DNA from: Candidatus Hydrogenedens sp.
GTDB taxonomy: Bacteria; Hydrogenedentota; Hydrogenedentia; Hydrogenedentales; Hydrogenedentaceae
Direction: 5' to 3'
DNA length: 64,000 nucleotides
Assembly: GCA_049968235.1 (NCBI GenBank)
Contig: JBMFRC010000002.1
Span: 160,001 to 224,000, forward strand
Under the pieces are notes generated by a model. The model was not told the origin of the DNA. It was given only the letters and a program-made list of their open reading frames with translations, and made no database searches. Each line of letters starts with the position of its first letter. The stretch's first letter is position 1. This document shows, piece by piece, positions 10,981-20,618 of this stretch. Position numbers and translations under genes: made by a program.

Positions 10981-11532
10981 TCAGGTATTTTTTTGCTTTG
11001 TAGAGTTTATTTTCTCCTGATACACCATTCTTCCCGTAGATTTTTCAGGGCTCGTTTTGATAATTTTTGTTTTACTTACTTGAATTTGTGTTCGTTTCGT
11101 TTTTATATTTTGCTTCTTTTCCTCAACAGCCCGCATAACATCCAATTTATTTCTCATGGCTTTTTCTTTTAGCGTCTGTCTTAATTCATTGATTGCTTTT
11201 AAGCATTCCCGTTGTAACTGGATTAAACAAGCCTCACAAAGTCGTTTTGTCGCACTAATTGCAGGAGCACCACACCTTCCACAGTATATAGAATCTGCCT
11301 GTGTCTCCGTCTCAAACCAACCCTGGTCACACATCCTCAAAATGACATCCAAAGGAATTTCTGCTTTCTCAGAAATTTCAGTGGCATTAATGTTCCCATA
11401 TTCTTCTAATATCTTACGAATCTTTTCATAGTCTCTCTGCTCGTCATCAATGCACGCATTGCATACAGGATATTGTGAATTTTCAGGTTTATTAAATATC
11501 TTTTCACAGCGTGGACATTTAGTTAATGGCAT
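10981..11532 (-). CDS. Zinc-ribbon protein, YvyF/TIGR03826 (flagellar operon protein)-like
   Basis: Paired CxxC motifs at both ends (CPRC...CNAC and CGRCG...CEAC) flank a helical middle segment, which is the same architecture as B. subtilis YvyF. A strong AAGGAGG Shine-Dalgarno precedes the ATG. Confidence 0.5.
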   Translation of the reverse strand: MPLTKCPRCEKIFNKPENSQYPVCNACIDDEQRDYEKIRKILEEYGNINATEISEKAEIPLDVILRMCDQGWFETETQADSIYCGRCGAPAISATKRLCEACLIQLQRECLKAINELRQTLKEKAMRNKLDVMRAVEEKKQNIKTKRTQIQVSKTKIIKTSPEKSTGRMVYQEKINSTKQKNT

Positions 11533-11569
11533 ACAACCTCCTTTTCATTTAATTAATTTTAATACCCCT

Positions 11570-13750
11570 TTAATGATGCCTAACATAGTATATAACCTTT
11601 TTAAGTGCATCCACAACATATTGAATATTTTCTTCTGTCAATAAAGGATGAAGCGGTAGTGATAAGATTTCATTAGAAATTTGCGTAGCAATTGGACAAT
11701 CTTCAGGACGAACACCACATACCTGCTGGATATATGGATGTAAATGAACACCATAGAAATGTATCCCGGTGCCTATATTTTCCTGACGAAGCATAAACGC
11801 AATTTCATCTCTTGTTCGATTTACCTTTTTCAGGTTAATGCGAATAACATACAAATGCCATGCAGGTTGAACATAATCTTTCACAGTAGGAAGAATAATT
11901 TCATCGATTTCTGAAAGAGAATGATAATATCTCGTGGCTAATCTATGGCGAATACTATTTAAAGATTGCAATTTCTTTATCTGCTCTACCCCAATACTTG
12001 CAGAGATATTACTCATAGCATATTTATACCCTGCAGTTATCAATTCTTGGGGTCGAAGAAAAGCACTTCTACCATATCTATCCCATGCAGTATCTGCCAG
12101 GCCATTTGTCGCAAGGATACGAAGGTATTTGGCTTTTTCCGAATCGGATAGAGTAATTATACCCCCTTCAATAGTTGTAATGTTCTTTGTGGCATAGAAA
12201 CTGAAGCAAGTGCGTTCTGCAATAGAACCTATTTTTTTAGAACGATATATTGCCCCTAAGGCATGAGCAGAATCTTCAATTAAATGTAAATGGTATTTGT
12301 CTGCTATTTTTTGTATCTCATCAAGGTCACAAGGATGCCCTGCAAGGTCTACAGGAATTATGGCTTTTGTTTTTTCTGTAATCTTCTCTTCAATTCGTTG
12401 TGGGTCCATATTGTAAGTGAGAGGGTCTACATCTACAAATACGGGGGTAACGCCCATGTTCAACAGAGTATTAATGGTGGATACCCATGTAATTGGTGGT
12501 GTTAGAACCTCATCCCCCGATTTTATACCTGCCTCCACCAGACAAAGATGTATCGCAGATGTACAGGAAGAAACAGCAACACTCTCCTTTGCTCCAACAG
12601 TAGAAGCAAAGTTTTGTTCAAAAGCATGGATATTATGTCCTGAGGTTAGCCACCCACTCCTCATAGCCTGAATAACCGCTTGTTCCTCTTCAGGACCTAT
12701 AACAGGTTTCGCTAAGGGTATAAATAAAGGAGCCGTGGGTTCCCCACCTTCCTGAACAGGAATTTTTTTTAATTTCTTAAACTGCAAAGCATTAATGTAT
12801 TTGTCAAAAAACGGGTCTTCATGAGGATAGCGTTCAAGCCAATTGGTAATTTCCTGTAATGTTTTTTGGATTGTATACTCCGGCTTAAAATGAAATTGCG
12901 TGGTAAATTTCTGAAATTGCACACGAAAAGTTCTTAAGTCTTCATCATCACGAACTACATCTATTTCTGTCCCATCGACAGCTAGAGCAATTTCCTGTGC
13001 CAAATCTATAATCCTTTTATTGAGGGAATTATGTCCTATATTAAAAATCTGGTTATGTACTTCATGCTGTTCTGCTTCACAAATCAAAGAAATTGCCCGA
13101 GCACAATCACGAACATGTAAAAAAGGTCGCCATTGATTCCCGCCTCCCCGAACTTCTATCCTTTTTTGTCTTTTAGCCGTAGAAACCATTTGATTAACAG
13201 CAAGGTCAAAACGCATCCGTGGTGAATAGCCAAAAAGTGTAGAAAATCGGATTATTACGGGTGAAAAATTTTCATGGGCTAATCTCTGCAATTTTTCCTC
13301 TGCTTCTCTTTTTGTTTGACTAAAAGTAGATATAGGGTTTGTGGGACTATCCTCATCAAGCCAATCTCCAATGCCTTTTCCATACACCGCACAGGTAGAA
13401 GCAAAGATAAATTTTTTCACCTCTTTTTGACTGCTCTGACGAGCCAATTCAACAGTGCAATCTACATTCACTTCCCGGGCTGTAATTGGGCAAATAGCAC
13501 AGGTTGGGTCATTGGCAAGTCCAGCAAGGTGGATTACAATATCAATATCATTAAACAGGTCGGGAAATTCCTGCCAGTGACGAATATCACCCTGTATCAT
13601 TTCTACATTGCTATCTTTTAACCAATTCGCTTCTTCGGGAAATCCGAAACACATACGGTCAAATACACGAATCTTATGTCCTTTCTGTAATAATTCATAA
13701 ACGACCCAGCAGCCTAAATATCCAGCACCGCCTGTCACAAGTATTTCCAT
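11570..13750 (-). CDS. Fusion protein: N-terminal NAD-dependent epimerase/dehydratase (extended SDR) domain plus C-terminal DegT/DnrJ/EryC1 PLP-dependent sugar aminotransferase
   Basis: GGAGYLG Rossmann motif at the N-terminus. The C-terminal half has DegT hallmarks including the PLP-lysine context (SFYATKNITTIEGG). Start is set at the ATG at 13750 (MEILVTGG) with a GGGAG Shine-Dalgarno; the ORF-track start is further upstream. Confidence 0.8.
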   Translation of the reverse strand: MEILVTGGAGYLGCWVVYELLQKGHKIRVFDRMCFGFPEEANWLKDSNVEMIQGDIRHWQEFPDLFNDIDIVIHLAGLANDPTCAICPITAREVNVDCTVELARQSSQKEVKKFIFASTCAVYGKGIGDWLDEDSPTNPISTFSQTKREAEEKLQRLAHENFSPVIIRFSTLFGYSPRMRFDLAVNQMVSTAKRQKRIEVRGGGNQWRPFLHVRDCARAISLICEAEQHEVHNQIFNIGHNSLNKRIIDLAQEIALAVDGTEIDVVRDDEDLRTFRVQFQKFTTQFHFKPEYTIQKTLQEITNWLERYPHEDPFFDKYINALQFKKLKKIPVQEGGEPTAPLFIPLAKPVIGPEEEQAVIQAMRSGWLTSGHNIHAFEQNFASTVGAKESVAVSSCTSAIHLCLVEAGIKSGDEVLTPPITWVSTINTLLNMGVTPVFVDVDPLTYNMDPQRIEEKITEKTKAIIPVDLAGHPCDLDEIQKIADKYHLHLIEDSAHALGAIYRSKKIGSIAERTCFSFYATKNITTIEGGIITLSDSEKAKYLRILATNGLADTAWDRYGRSAFLRPQELITAGYKYAMSNISASIGVEQIKKLQSLNSIRHRLATRYYHSLSEIDEIILPTVKDYVQPAWHLYVIRINLKKVNRTRDEIAFMLRQENIGTGIHFYGVHLHPYIQQVCGVRPEDCPIATQISNEILSLPLHPLLTEENIQYVVDALKKVIYYVRHH

Positions 13751-13830
13751 TATAATTGACTCCCGAATGAAAAAATATTTACTATATTTTATCATTAAAT
13801 ATGAACAAATTGTAAACGAAAGGAATAGTT

Positions 13831-15021
13831 ATGTGGAATATTATATTTACACTGATATTGTCTTGTTCCACTCTCATTATAAGTCAGGTCAGTTTTTCTC
13901 AAGAAAATCCTTGTCTCAAAGAGGTTAATGACCTACCCCCTTTTAACGGAATTCCCAATCTATTCCAGTTTTGTGATGGAACCCCTGTGAAAACAATTCA
14001 GGATTGGGGAAAACGCAGAAAGGAATTGATGGATATTCTCGTGTTTTATGAATATGGACACTTACCCCCACCGGCAAAGATAAAAAAATCGGAGTTGATT
14101 GTTGAAGAAAAATTTTATAATGACAAAGGAATATATAGAGAATATAATGTTTATTATGGTCCACCCGATTTTAAGTTGGATGTTATGATGTTTTTGCCTA
14201 TTTCTGCACGTGAGAAACCCTGTCCTGTTATTCTATTCATACCTAAGTTCTGGAAAGAAAATGATGATAATAAAGAGATTGCTATCAAATGTATAGACCG
14301 TGGCTATGCTCTTTGTCTTTATGATAAAAGTGTGCTGGATGATGATAGTGGAAATAGAGACCAGATGATATACAAACTCTATCCTGCTTGTGATTGGGGT
14401 TCGTTAGGTGTTTGGGGGTGGGGTGCATTACGCGTCCTCGATTTTCTTGAAACGATTCCTGAAGTAAACACGAAACAACTAACATTAACAGGGCATTCGC
14501 GTAGAGGTAAAGCATCCCTGTGGGCGAGTGCTAATGATGAACGAATACCGTTAGTAATACCTCAATCCAGCGGAACAGGTGGTTGCGGTTCCTATCGAAT
14601 TGTAGGAAAGGGCTCAGAAACATTAAAAATTATTACAACAGAGGTTGCTCCTTATTGGTTTGTACCCCGATTAAAGGATTTTATTGGTAAAGAAGACCGT
14701 TTGCCTTTCGACCAGCATTTTTTGAAAGCGTTGATTGCTCCACGCGGACAGTTATCCCGCGAATCTTTAGGTGATTTATGGGCAAACCCCATGGGAACGC
14801 AGGTGATGCACGAATGTACCATTCCGGTATATAAATTCTTAGGTGTGCCTGAAAATATCGGCATACACTTTAGAGAAGGTGAACACGCACTACAACCTTC
14901 AGATTGGGATGTTGTTCTTGATTTTTCGGATTATTTCTTCTTTAAAAAGTCTCCACCCGCAGGACTTAATGTTTTACCCTTTAAAGACACTCCGAAACCA
15001 TCATGGGCTATTTCTAATTAA
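13831..15021 (+). CDS. Carbohydrate esterase family 15 (4-O-methyl-glucuronoyl methylesterase)-like, secreted
   Basis: Signal peptide and a G-x-S-R-x-G nucleophile motif (LTGHSRRGKASLWA), as in bacterial CE15 enzymes. Size is about 400 aa. Confidence 0.65.
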   Translation: MWNIIFTLILSCSTLIISQVSFSQENPCLKEVNDLPPFNGIPNLFQFCDGTPVKTIQDWGKRRKELMDILVFYEYGHLPPPAKIKKSELIVEEKFYNDKGIYREYNVYYGPPDFKLDVMMFLPISAREKPCPVILFIPKFWKENDDNKEIAIKCIDRGYALCLYDKSVLDDDSGNRDQMIYKLYPACDWGSLGVWGWGALRVLDFLETIPEVNTKQLTLTGHSRRGKASLWASANDERIPLVIPQSSGTGGCGSYRIVGKGSETLKIITTEVAPYWFVPRLKDFIGKEDRLPFDQHFLKALIAPRGQLSRESLGDLWANPMGTQVMHECTIPVYKFLGVPENIGIHFREGEHALQPSDWDVVLDFSDYFFFKKSPPAGLNVLPFKDTPKPSWAISN

Positions 15022-15100
15022 ACCGAACCAATAGGATATTTTCAACAATATTTAACATAGAAAAAGAACCAAATAAATATTATCTTATTAAGATAGCAAA

Positions 15101-15493
15101 ATGAAACGATTTGGTGTTTCCCTAAAAAAAGAGCAAGAACTTATCCAATGGATGGAACGATTAGAAATCAAAGAAGATGATTTAGAGGAACAATTCATCT
15201 CCTCTCGAGGACCCGGTGGACAAAATGTAAACCACACATCTACAGGTGTCTATATAAGACATATTCCTTCCAGTATTGAAGTTAAAATAGATACCTCTCG
15301 TTCTCAATCATTAAATCGTTTCCTTGCCCGACGAAGACTTTGTGAATTGTTAGAATACCAACGATATGGGAAAGAATCATCCCTTATTAAGAAAATAAAT
15401 AAAGCAAAGAAACAAAAACAAAGAAGGAATAGACGCTCAAAGAAAAAATACCTTAAAACAGAAACCCCAGAAATAACAAATTCAAATCATTAA
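15101..15493 (+). CDS. arfB: Alternative ribosome-rescue factor ArfB (peptidyl-tRNA hydrolase, GGQ domain)
   Basis: GGQ motif (GPGGQNVN) in a ~130-aa protein with a Lys/Arg-rich C-terminal tail. Confidence 0.75.
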   Translation: MKRFGVSLKKEQELIQWMERLEIKEDDLEEQFISSRGPGGQNVNHTSTGVYIRHIPSSIEVKIDTSRSQSLNRFLARRRLCELLEYQRYGKESSLIKKINKAKKQKQRRNRRSKKKYLKTETPEITNSNH

Positions 15494-15520
15494 GGAAATA
15501 AATCGCTAAATAAAAATTCT

Positions 15521-15548
15521 TATCAACGCTTGATATTTTTGTTTTTTA
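15521..15548 (+). terminator. Weak candidate intrinsic terminator downstream of arfB
   Basis: Short AT-rich hairpin (TATCAA-CGC-TTGATA) followed by ATTTTTGTTTTTT. Confidence 0.25.
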
Positions 15549-15854
15549 TATATTTTCCACTACAAAACAATATAAACAAACCACAATAAAATATTTAAAG
15601 ATATAGGTAAAAAGAACCTGTGTTGGTTTTTCATTTTATAGCAAAGAAATTTTCTGTTTCTCTAAATCTTTTAATAGCAAATTACTACCCCGTAATGAAA
15701 ATATAAAGATGATGAACTTTTATTCATCTGAATATTTACATAACATTAGATACAATTTGTCAAAGCGATGAGATTTTAAAAAGGTCAATGAGTTGTATTT
15801 TTGTTAAAATATGGACGTATTTTTTAAGATATAGTGAAAGAAAAGGAAGTTACT

Positions 15855-16997
15855 ATGAATTCAAATGTAAGAGAGTTTATTCAACCTTTTGAGAAAGTCC
15901 ACGAAGATTTATATTTTTTTGCTAAAAAGGCAAAACAGGACGGCGAGAAAGTAGCAGGCTTTTTATGCACTTATTCTCCGCAGGAATTGTTTCACGCAGG
16001 AGGGTACTTTCCTGTTCGCATAATAGGTAAAGAAGGTGGTACCCCATTAGCAGACCAATGGTTACAACCGTATGCATGCAGTTTCGCTAAAGGCGTACTT
16101 AATTTAGGTTTAACAGGCGACTTCTCTTTTCTAAATCTGGTAATATTTAGTCATACATGTGATACAATGCAAAATCTGGCAGAAGTATGGAGAAGACGCG
16201 TAGAGGGAATTCCGATTATTGTGGTTTCCACTCCTAATTTGAATGCGGGAGAGATTGCTCTTACTTATTTAAAGCGTGAATTAACACGAGTAAAAGAGAA
16301 AACAGAAAAAATTTCAGGAAGTAAAATAACTGATGAAAAACTTTTAGAAAGTATAAATCTCTACGAACAACACAGAAACAATATAAATCGTTTGTATCAG
16401 TTAAGACAGTTAAACCCTTCTTTAATAACAGGAACGGAAATGTTTACAGTTATCCTTTCTTCTTTTTTGATGAAGAAGGAAGAACACAATAAATTGTTAG
16501 AAGATTTGATTAAAGAATTGGAAAAGTTATCCCCTCAAGAGTTAAAAAAACCACGCATTTTGGTAGGAGGTAGTATTTGTCAGGCACAAGGTTTTATCCA
16601 ATCTATCGAAACTATAGGTGTTGTAGTTTCTGATGATGATTTATGTATGGGTTCGAGGTCTTATGTGCTTCCGCATGTTTCTCAAAAAGAACCCATTGAA
16701 ATGTTAGCGCAGATGTATCTCTCCCGAATTCCCTGTCCTGCATTTCATAAACCGGGTTATGACCCTGCTGAGATCTATATTGACAAGGTGAAAAAAGGTC
16801 ATATTGATGGTGTAATATTCCTTCAAACGAAATTCTGTGACCCTTATGGATTTAACTATCCGTATATTCGTAAAAGATTGGAACAGGAAGGAATTCCCAG
16901 CCTTCTTTTAGAAGTAGAACAAAATCAGCCTGTTCCGGAAGCGTTCCGCACACGGGTTGAAGCATTTGTAGAAACATTAAGTAGAAACATTAAATAG
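15855..16997 (+). CDS. 2-hydroxyacyl-CoA dehydratase / benzoyl-CoA reductase family subunit (HgdB/BcrB-like)
   Basis: CoA-substrate-specific enzyme family composition (FLCTYSPQELFHAGG, C-rich HTCD region). ATG at 15855 with an AAAGGAAG Shine-Dalgarno; the track start at 15834 is GTG. Confidence 0.7.
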   Translation: MNSNVREFIQPFEKVHEDLYFFAKKAKQDGEKVAGFLCTYSPQELFHAGGYFPVRIIGKEGGTPLADQWLQPYACSFAKGVLNLGLTGDFSFLNLVIFSHTCDTMQNLAEVWRRRVEGIPIIVVSTPNLNAGEIALTYLKRELTRVKEKTEKISGSKITDEKLLESINLYEQHRNNINRLYQLRQLNPSLITGTEMFTVILSSFLMKKEEHNKLLEDLIKELEKLSPQELKKPRILVGGSICQAQGFIQSIETIGVVVSDDDLCMGSRSYVLPHVSQKEPIEMLAQMYLSRIPCPAFHKPGYDPAEIYIDKVKKGHIDGVIFLQTKFCDPYGFNYPYIRKRLEQEGIPSLLLEVEQNQPVPEAFRTRVEAFVETLSRNIK

Positions 16998-17014
16998 ATA
17001 ATGAGTTCTGATAT

Positions 17015-17839
17015 ATGAGCGAATATTTTGTAATTGGGCTTGATATAGGTTCTGCAACGGCAAAAGCGGTGCTCGTTGATAATCAGGGAAAAATCTGTGC
17101 TTATACAGTTCGTCCTACGGGAGGAAGATTGCTTCAATCTGCTGATGATGTAAAAAGAGAAGTGTTATCTCAGGTTGGTGCCACAGAAGAGTTGATAAAG
17201 GCTATAATTACCACGGGTTATGGCAGAGATATTGTTCAAAATAAAACAAAAAGTTTAACAGAAATAACCTGTCATGCCAAAGGTGCGTATATAACAAATC
17301 CCAAAATACGATTCGTAATTGACATAGGAGGGCAGGATTCAAAAGCAATCTTACTTGAACCTGATGGACAGGTAGGTCGATTTGAAATGAACGATAAATG
17401 CGCAGCGGGAACGGGGCGCTTTTTAGAGGTAATGGCACGGACACTCGGAATTCACCTGGATGAAATGGGAGATATGGCAGTTCATTCAAAAATATGTTCA
17501 AAAATTTCCTCTACATGTACAGTTTTTGCAGAAAGTGAAGTAATCTCATTACTGGCTCAGGGAGAAGAGATACCGTCTGTTGTTTCGGGTTTATGTCGCG
17601 CAATTGCGGAGCGCATATATGGATTGGCATCGCGTGTGGGGATTATCGCACCGATAATGATGACTGGAGGGGTTGCAAAAAATAAGGGTGTTGTAAGTTG
17701 GTTGTCAAAAATATTAAAACAAGAAGTAATTATACCTGAAGAACCGCAAATCATCGGTGCTTTAGGTGCGAGCATGATTGGTCTGGAATGGACCCAAAAA
17801 AATAATGAAATCATGAATAAAATAACACAAAACATATAA
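17015..17839 (+). CDS. CoA-substrate-specific enzyme activase (BadF/BadG/BcrA/BcrD/HgdC ATPase, 'archerase')
   Basis: N-terminal LGIDIGSATAKAVL, an ASKH-fold ATPase motif. Size is ~270 aa, as for HgdC. Confidence 0.8.
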   Translation: MSEYFVIGLDIGSATAKAVLVDNQGKICAYTVRPTGGRLLQSADDVKREVLSQVGATEELIKAIITTGYGRDIVQNKTKSLTEITCHAKGAYITNPKIRFVIDIGGQDSKAILLEPDGQVGRFEMNDKCAAGTGRFLEVMARTLGIHLDEMGDMAVHSKICSKISSTCTVFAESEVISLLAQGEEIPSVVSGLCRAIAERIYGLASRVGIIAPIMMTGGVAKNKGVVSWLSKILKQEVIIPEEPQIIGALGASMIGLEWTQKNNEIMNKITQNI

Positions 17840-17858
17840 AGAAGGAATTGGAGATATT

Positions 17859-19100
17859 ATGAGTCAGCGTGTACCTATTCATTCCACAGCAAAGATGAAA
17901 GAGTTAATGGGTTTTTACTATATGATGGCAAAATCTGCAGAGAATGACCCTAACCAGAAAATTGCCTGGATTACCAGCGGTGGACCTGTAGAAATTTTAC
18001 ATGCAGGTGGGGTTATTCCTATCTATCCTGAAAATGTCGCTGCTATGGCGGGTACACTGAAAATCTCAGATGAAATTTGTGCGATAGCAGAAGAACAGGG
18101 CTTCTCCCGCGATTTATGTTCTTATGCACGGACAGATATCGGTTCTGCCCTTTCTGGAAAAGGTCCTATTATGGGCACTGCCAGTCCAAAACCAGATTTT
18201 TTAGTCTGTTGTAATAATATTTGCGGTACGGTAACAAAATGGTATGAGGAATTACAACGAATATTTAATGTCCCATTGATTTTCATTGATGCACCATTTC
18301 AATATGGGATAAAAGATAGACCTGAAGCGATAGATTATATGGAAGCACAATTAAGGAAAATGATAGACCAGGTTGGTGAAATTACGGGGAATCCTATATC
18401 ATGGGATAAGTTTATGGAAACACTGGACCTTGCAGACCGGGCAGTAAAATTATGGCGGGAGATTCAGGATTTATTACAGCATAAGCCTGCCCCAATGAAT
18501 TCTTTTGATACTTTTATTCATCTGGCTCCTATTGTAACCTTGCGCGGCACACAAGGTTGTATCGAATATTATGAAACATTAAAAGCGGAAATGTTAGAGC
18601 GAATAAATCAGGGTATCGGAACATTAGAGAAAGAAGAATATCGGCTGGGTTGGGATAATCTGGCAATATGGTATAAGATAAAATTCCTATCAGAACGTTT
18701 TTCTCAGCATAATGCAGCATTGGTTGTCTCCACATATACACGAAGTTTCTGTTATCAGGCAGAAGACAGAGATATTTCCAATCCCCTTAGGGCAATGTCT
18801 GCAGATTATCTGGCAGGTTATATTAATCATGGATTGGATTTCCGCGAACGGGAACTTTATCAGATGGTAAAGGATTTCAGTTTGGATGGATTGGTAATGC
18901 ACTCCAACCGTTCCTGTCGTGCATATTCTTTCGGACAATATGAACTCGCTCGTACCATGGAAGATAAATATGGCGTTCCTGTTCTTTTAATCGAAGCGGA
19001 CCAGAATGATACTCGTATGTGGAGTGATGAGCAGGTCGGAAATCGTATTGACGCATTTATGGAACGTGTTGCCAGCAAAAAGAATAAGAATATTGCATAA
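17859..19100 (+). CDS. 2-hydroxyacyl-CoA dehydratase / benzoyl-CoA reductase family subunit (HgdA/BcrC-like)
   Basis: Paralogous to the upstream subunit (ITSGGPVEILHAGG; LVCCNNICG cysteines). GGAG Shine-Dalgarno before the ATG. Confidence 0.7.
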   Translation: MSQRVPIHSTAKMKELMGFYYMMAKSAENDPNQKIAWITSGGPVEILHAGGVIPIYPENVAAMAGTLKISDEICAIAEEQGFSRDLCSYARTDIGSALSGKGPIMGTASPKPDFLVCCNNICGTVTKWYEELQRIFNVPLIFIDAPFQYGIKDRPEAIDYMEAQLRKMIDQVGEITGNPISWDKFMETLDLADRAVKLWREIQDLLQHKPAPMNSFDTFIHLAPIVTLRGTQGCIEYYETLKAEMLERINQGIGTLEKEEYRLGWDNLAIWYKIKFLSERFSQHNAALVVSTYTRSFCYQAEDRDISNPLRAMSADYLAGYINHGLDFRERELYQMVKDFSLDGLVMHSNRSCRAYSFGQYELARTMEDKYGVPVLLIEADQNDTRMWSDEQVGNRIDAFMERVASKKNKNIA

Positions 19101-19146
19101 TCAAAGTACTTTAAGCAAGTTTTCAGATGGTTTTCGATTTGAATAA

Positions 19147-20433
19147 CTAGGATAGGGTTCTTGTCCGTAAAATATCCCAGTAGGCTCCCCGGGCACCATT
19201 TTTTATGGCATTGATAAGATAATCATGATTACAGTAAGAATAACTACCTTCTTCAGTAGAAGGAAGAGAAAGAAAAACAGAGGATTGGTCTTTGACAATT
19301 TTTCGGAGATAATCAAAAAAATCCTTATCTAATTTATCAGAAAGATAATAAGTAGGAAACAGCAAATTTTTATTTTCTTCAATAGGTATCCCATATAAAA
19401 ACTTGTTTAAGTTAATACCTTTCTGATGTAGGGATAGTACATTTTTCCCTAAGGTAGTGCATGGATAAAGGCGGACACCAAAGGAGATACCAAGTGCATC
19501 AGGTTTAAGTTTCATTGCATTCTCAATAGTGAATAAGGCAGTTTCTCTATTTTCCCTGGGAGAACCTAATAATAAATCAAACATGATAGCAATGTGTGTT
19601 TTCCGTAGTATCCTGATTAGTTGCTGAATATCTTCGTATTTATGGGGCTTATGAAGTAACCGTAATATATCATTATGAAGGGAATCCACACCGAAGTTTA
19701 TACCAACGCAACCGGCTTCTTCCATTAAGAACGCCAATTCTTCTGTGAAAGGCACAGGGGAACAATAGGTATACCATTTAATTTTTTTGTTAATTCCGCT
19801 TTTGATAAGTTCATTACATATTTTAAGAGCATGTTCTATGTGTATGTTAAACTCGCTGTCACACCAATGGAAAACATTAATACCTTTATCTACTAATTGT
19901 TCAATTTCAAATACAACAGCACTAGGATTTCGAAGTTCTATAGCGCTATGTCCCAATGAACTTTCAACACAATAAATACATTGCTGTGAACAACCTCGTT
20001 TCGTCTCAATACCAATTTGTCCACCTTCAACAAAATATTTGTTAATATCTGCAAAATTTCTATGAGGTTGAAATGAAGTATATCTATTCGTGAGATTTCC
20101 CCTGGGTGGATTCAGGTGAATGTTACCGGTACTTTCCCTATAAATACATCCTGGAAATTCCTTATAGGTGTTTCGGTCCATAACTTCAATAAAATCTGTA
20201 ATACAATTTACACCATTTCCAATAAAGCCAAAATCTGCACCGGTGTAGTTTAGAATTTCACAGGGTGCTATGGAGAAACCTGCACCACCTAAAAAAATAG
20301 GGGCATTTGATAATTGTCTACACAATTGGATAACTGTATTTACAAAATCAACATAGAAGATTTGACTTCCCATCATGGCTTCGTCAATATTACGGAGAGA
20401 GATACCAATACAATCGGGATTAGAAATAGACAA
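19147..20433 (-). CDS. B12-binding domain radical SAM protein; true N-terminus probably extends to about 20607
   Basis: Radical SAM CxxxCxxC (GCSQQCIYC). A B12-binding domain lies upstream (CIGISL..IFLGGAGFS) and continues in frame above the TTG at 20433 (TIALVNPN..PPISPVGLEYIAEVLSESGHDI). There is no ATG/GTG/TTG between that region and the upstream stop. Confidence 0.7.
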   Translation of the reverse strand: MSISNPDCIGISLRNIDEAMMGSQIFYVDFVNTVIQLCRQLSNAPIFLGGAGFSIAPCEILNYTGADFGFIGNGVNCITDFIEVMDRNTYKEFPGCIYRESTGNIHLNPPRGNLTNRYTSFQPHRNFADINKYFVEGGQIGIETKRGCSQQCIYCVESSLGHSAIELRNPSAVVFEIEQLVDKGINVFHWCDSEFNIHIEHALKICNELIKSGINKKIKWYTYCSPVPFTEELAFLMEEAGCVGINFGVDSLHNDILRLLHKPHKYEDIQQLIRILRKTHIAIMFDLLLGSPRENRETALFTIENAMKLKPDALGISFGVRLYPCTTLGKNVLSLHQKGINLNKFLYGIPIEENKNLLFPTYYLSDKLDKDFFDYLRKIVKDQSSVFLSLPSTEEGSYSYCNHDYLINAIKNGARGAYWDILRTRTLS

Positions 20434-20618
20434 ATAATTCTTTAAAGTTTCTTCCCAGTTATCCGAAAAACATAAATCTATCCAGATAATATCATGTCCT
20501 GATTCTGATAATACTTCTGCAATATATTCAAGACCTACCGGAGAGATAGGTGGCTTGAGTTGATTTGGATTGACAAGTGCTATTGTTTTTGAGGATGTAT
20601 TGGATATGAGCCTTACCT

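Noticed and set aside
15494-15854. Possible riboswitch or leader in the 360-bp region upstream of the dehydratase cluster.
   Set aside because: Only short AT-rich imperfect inverted repeats are present. No conserved riboswitch core (for example the B12 box, or SAM, TPP or glycine motifs) could be recognised by eye.
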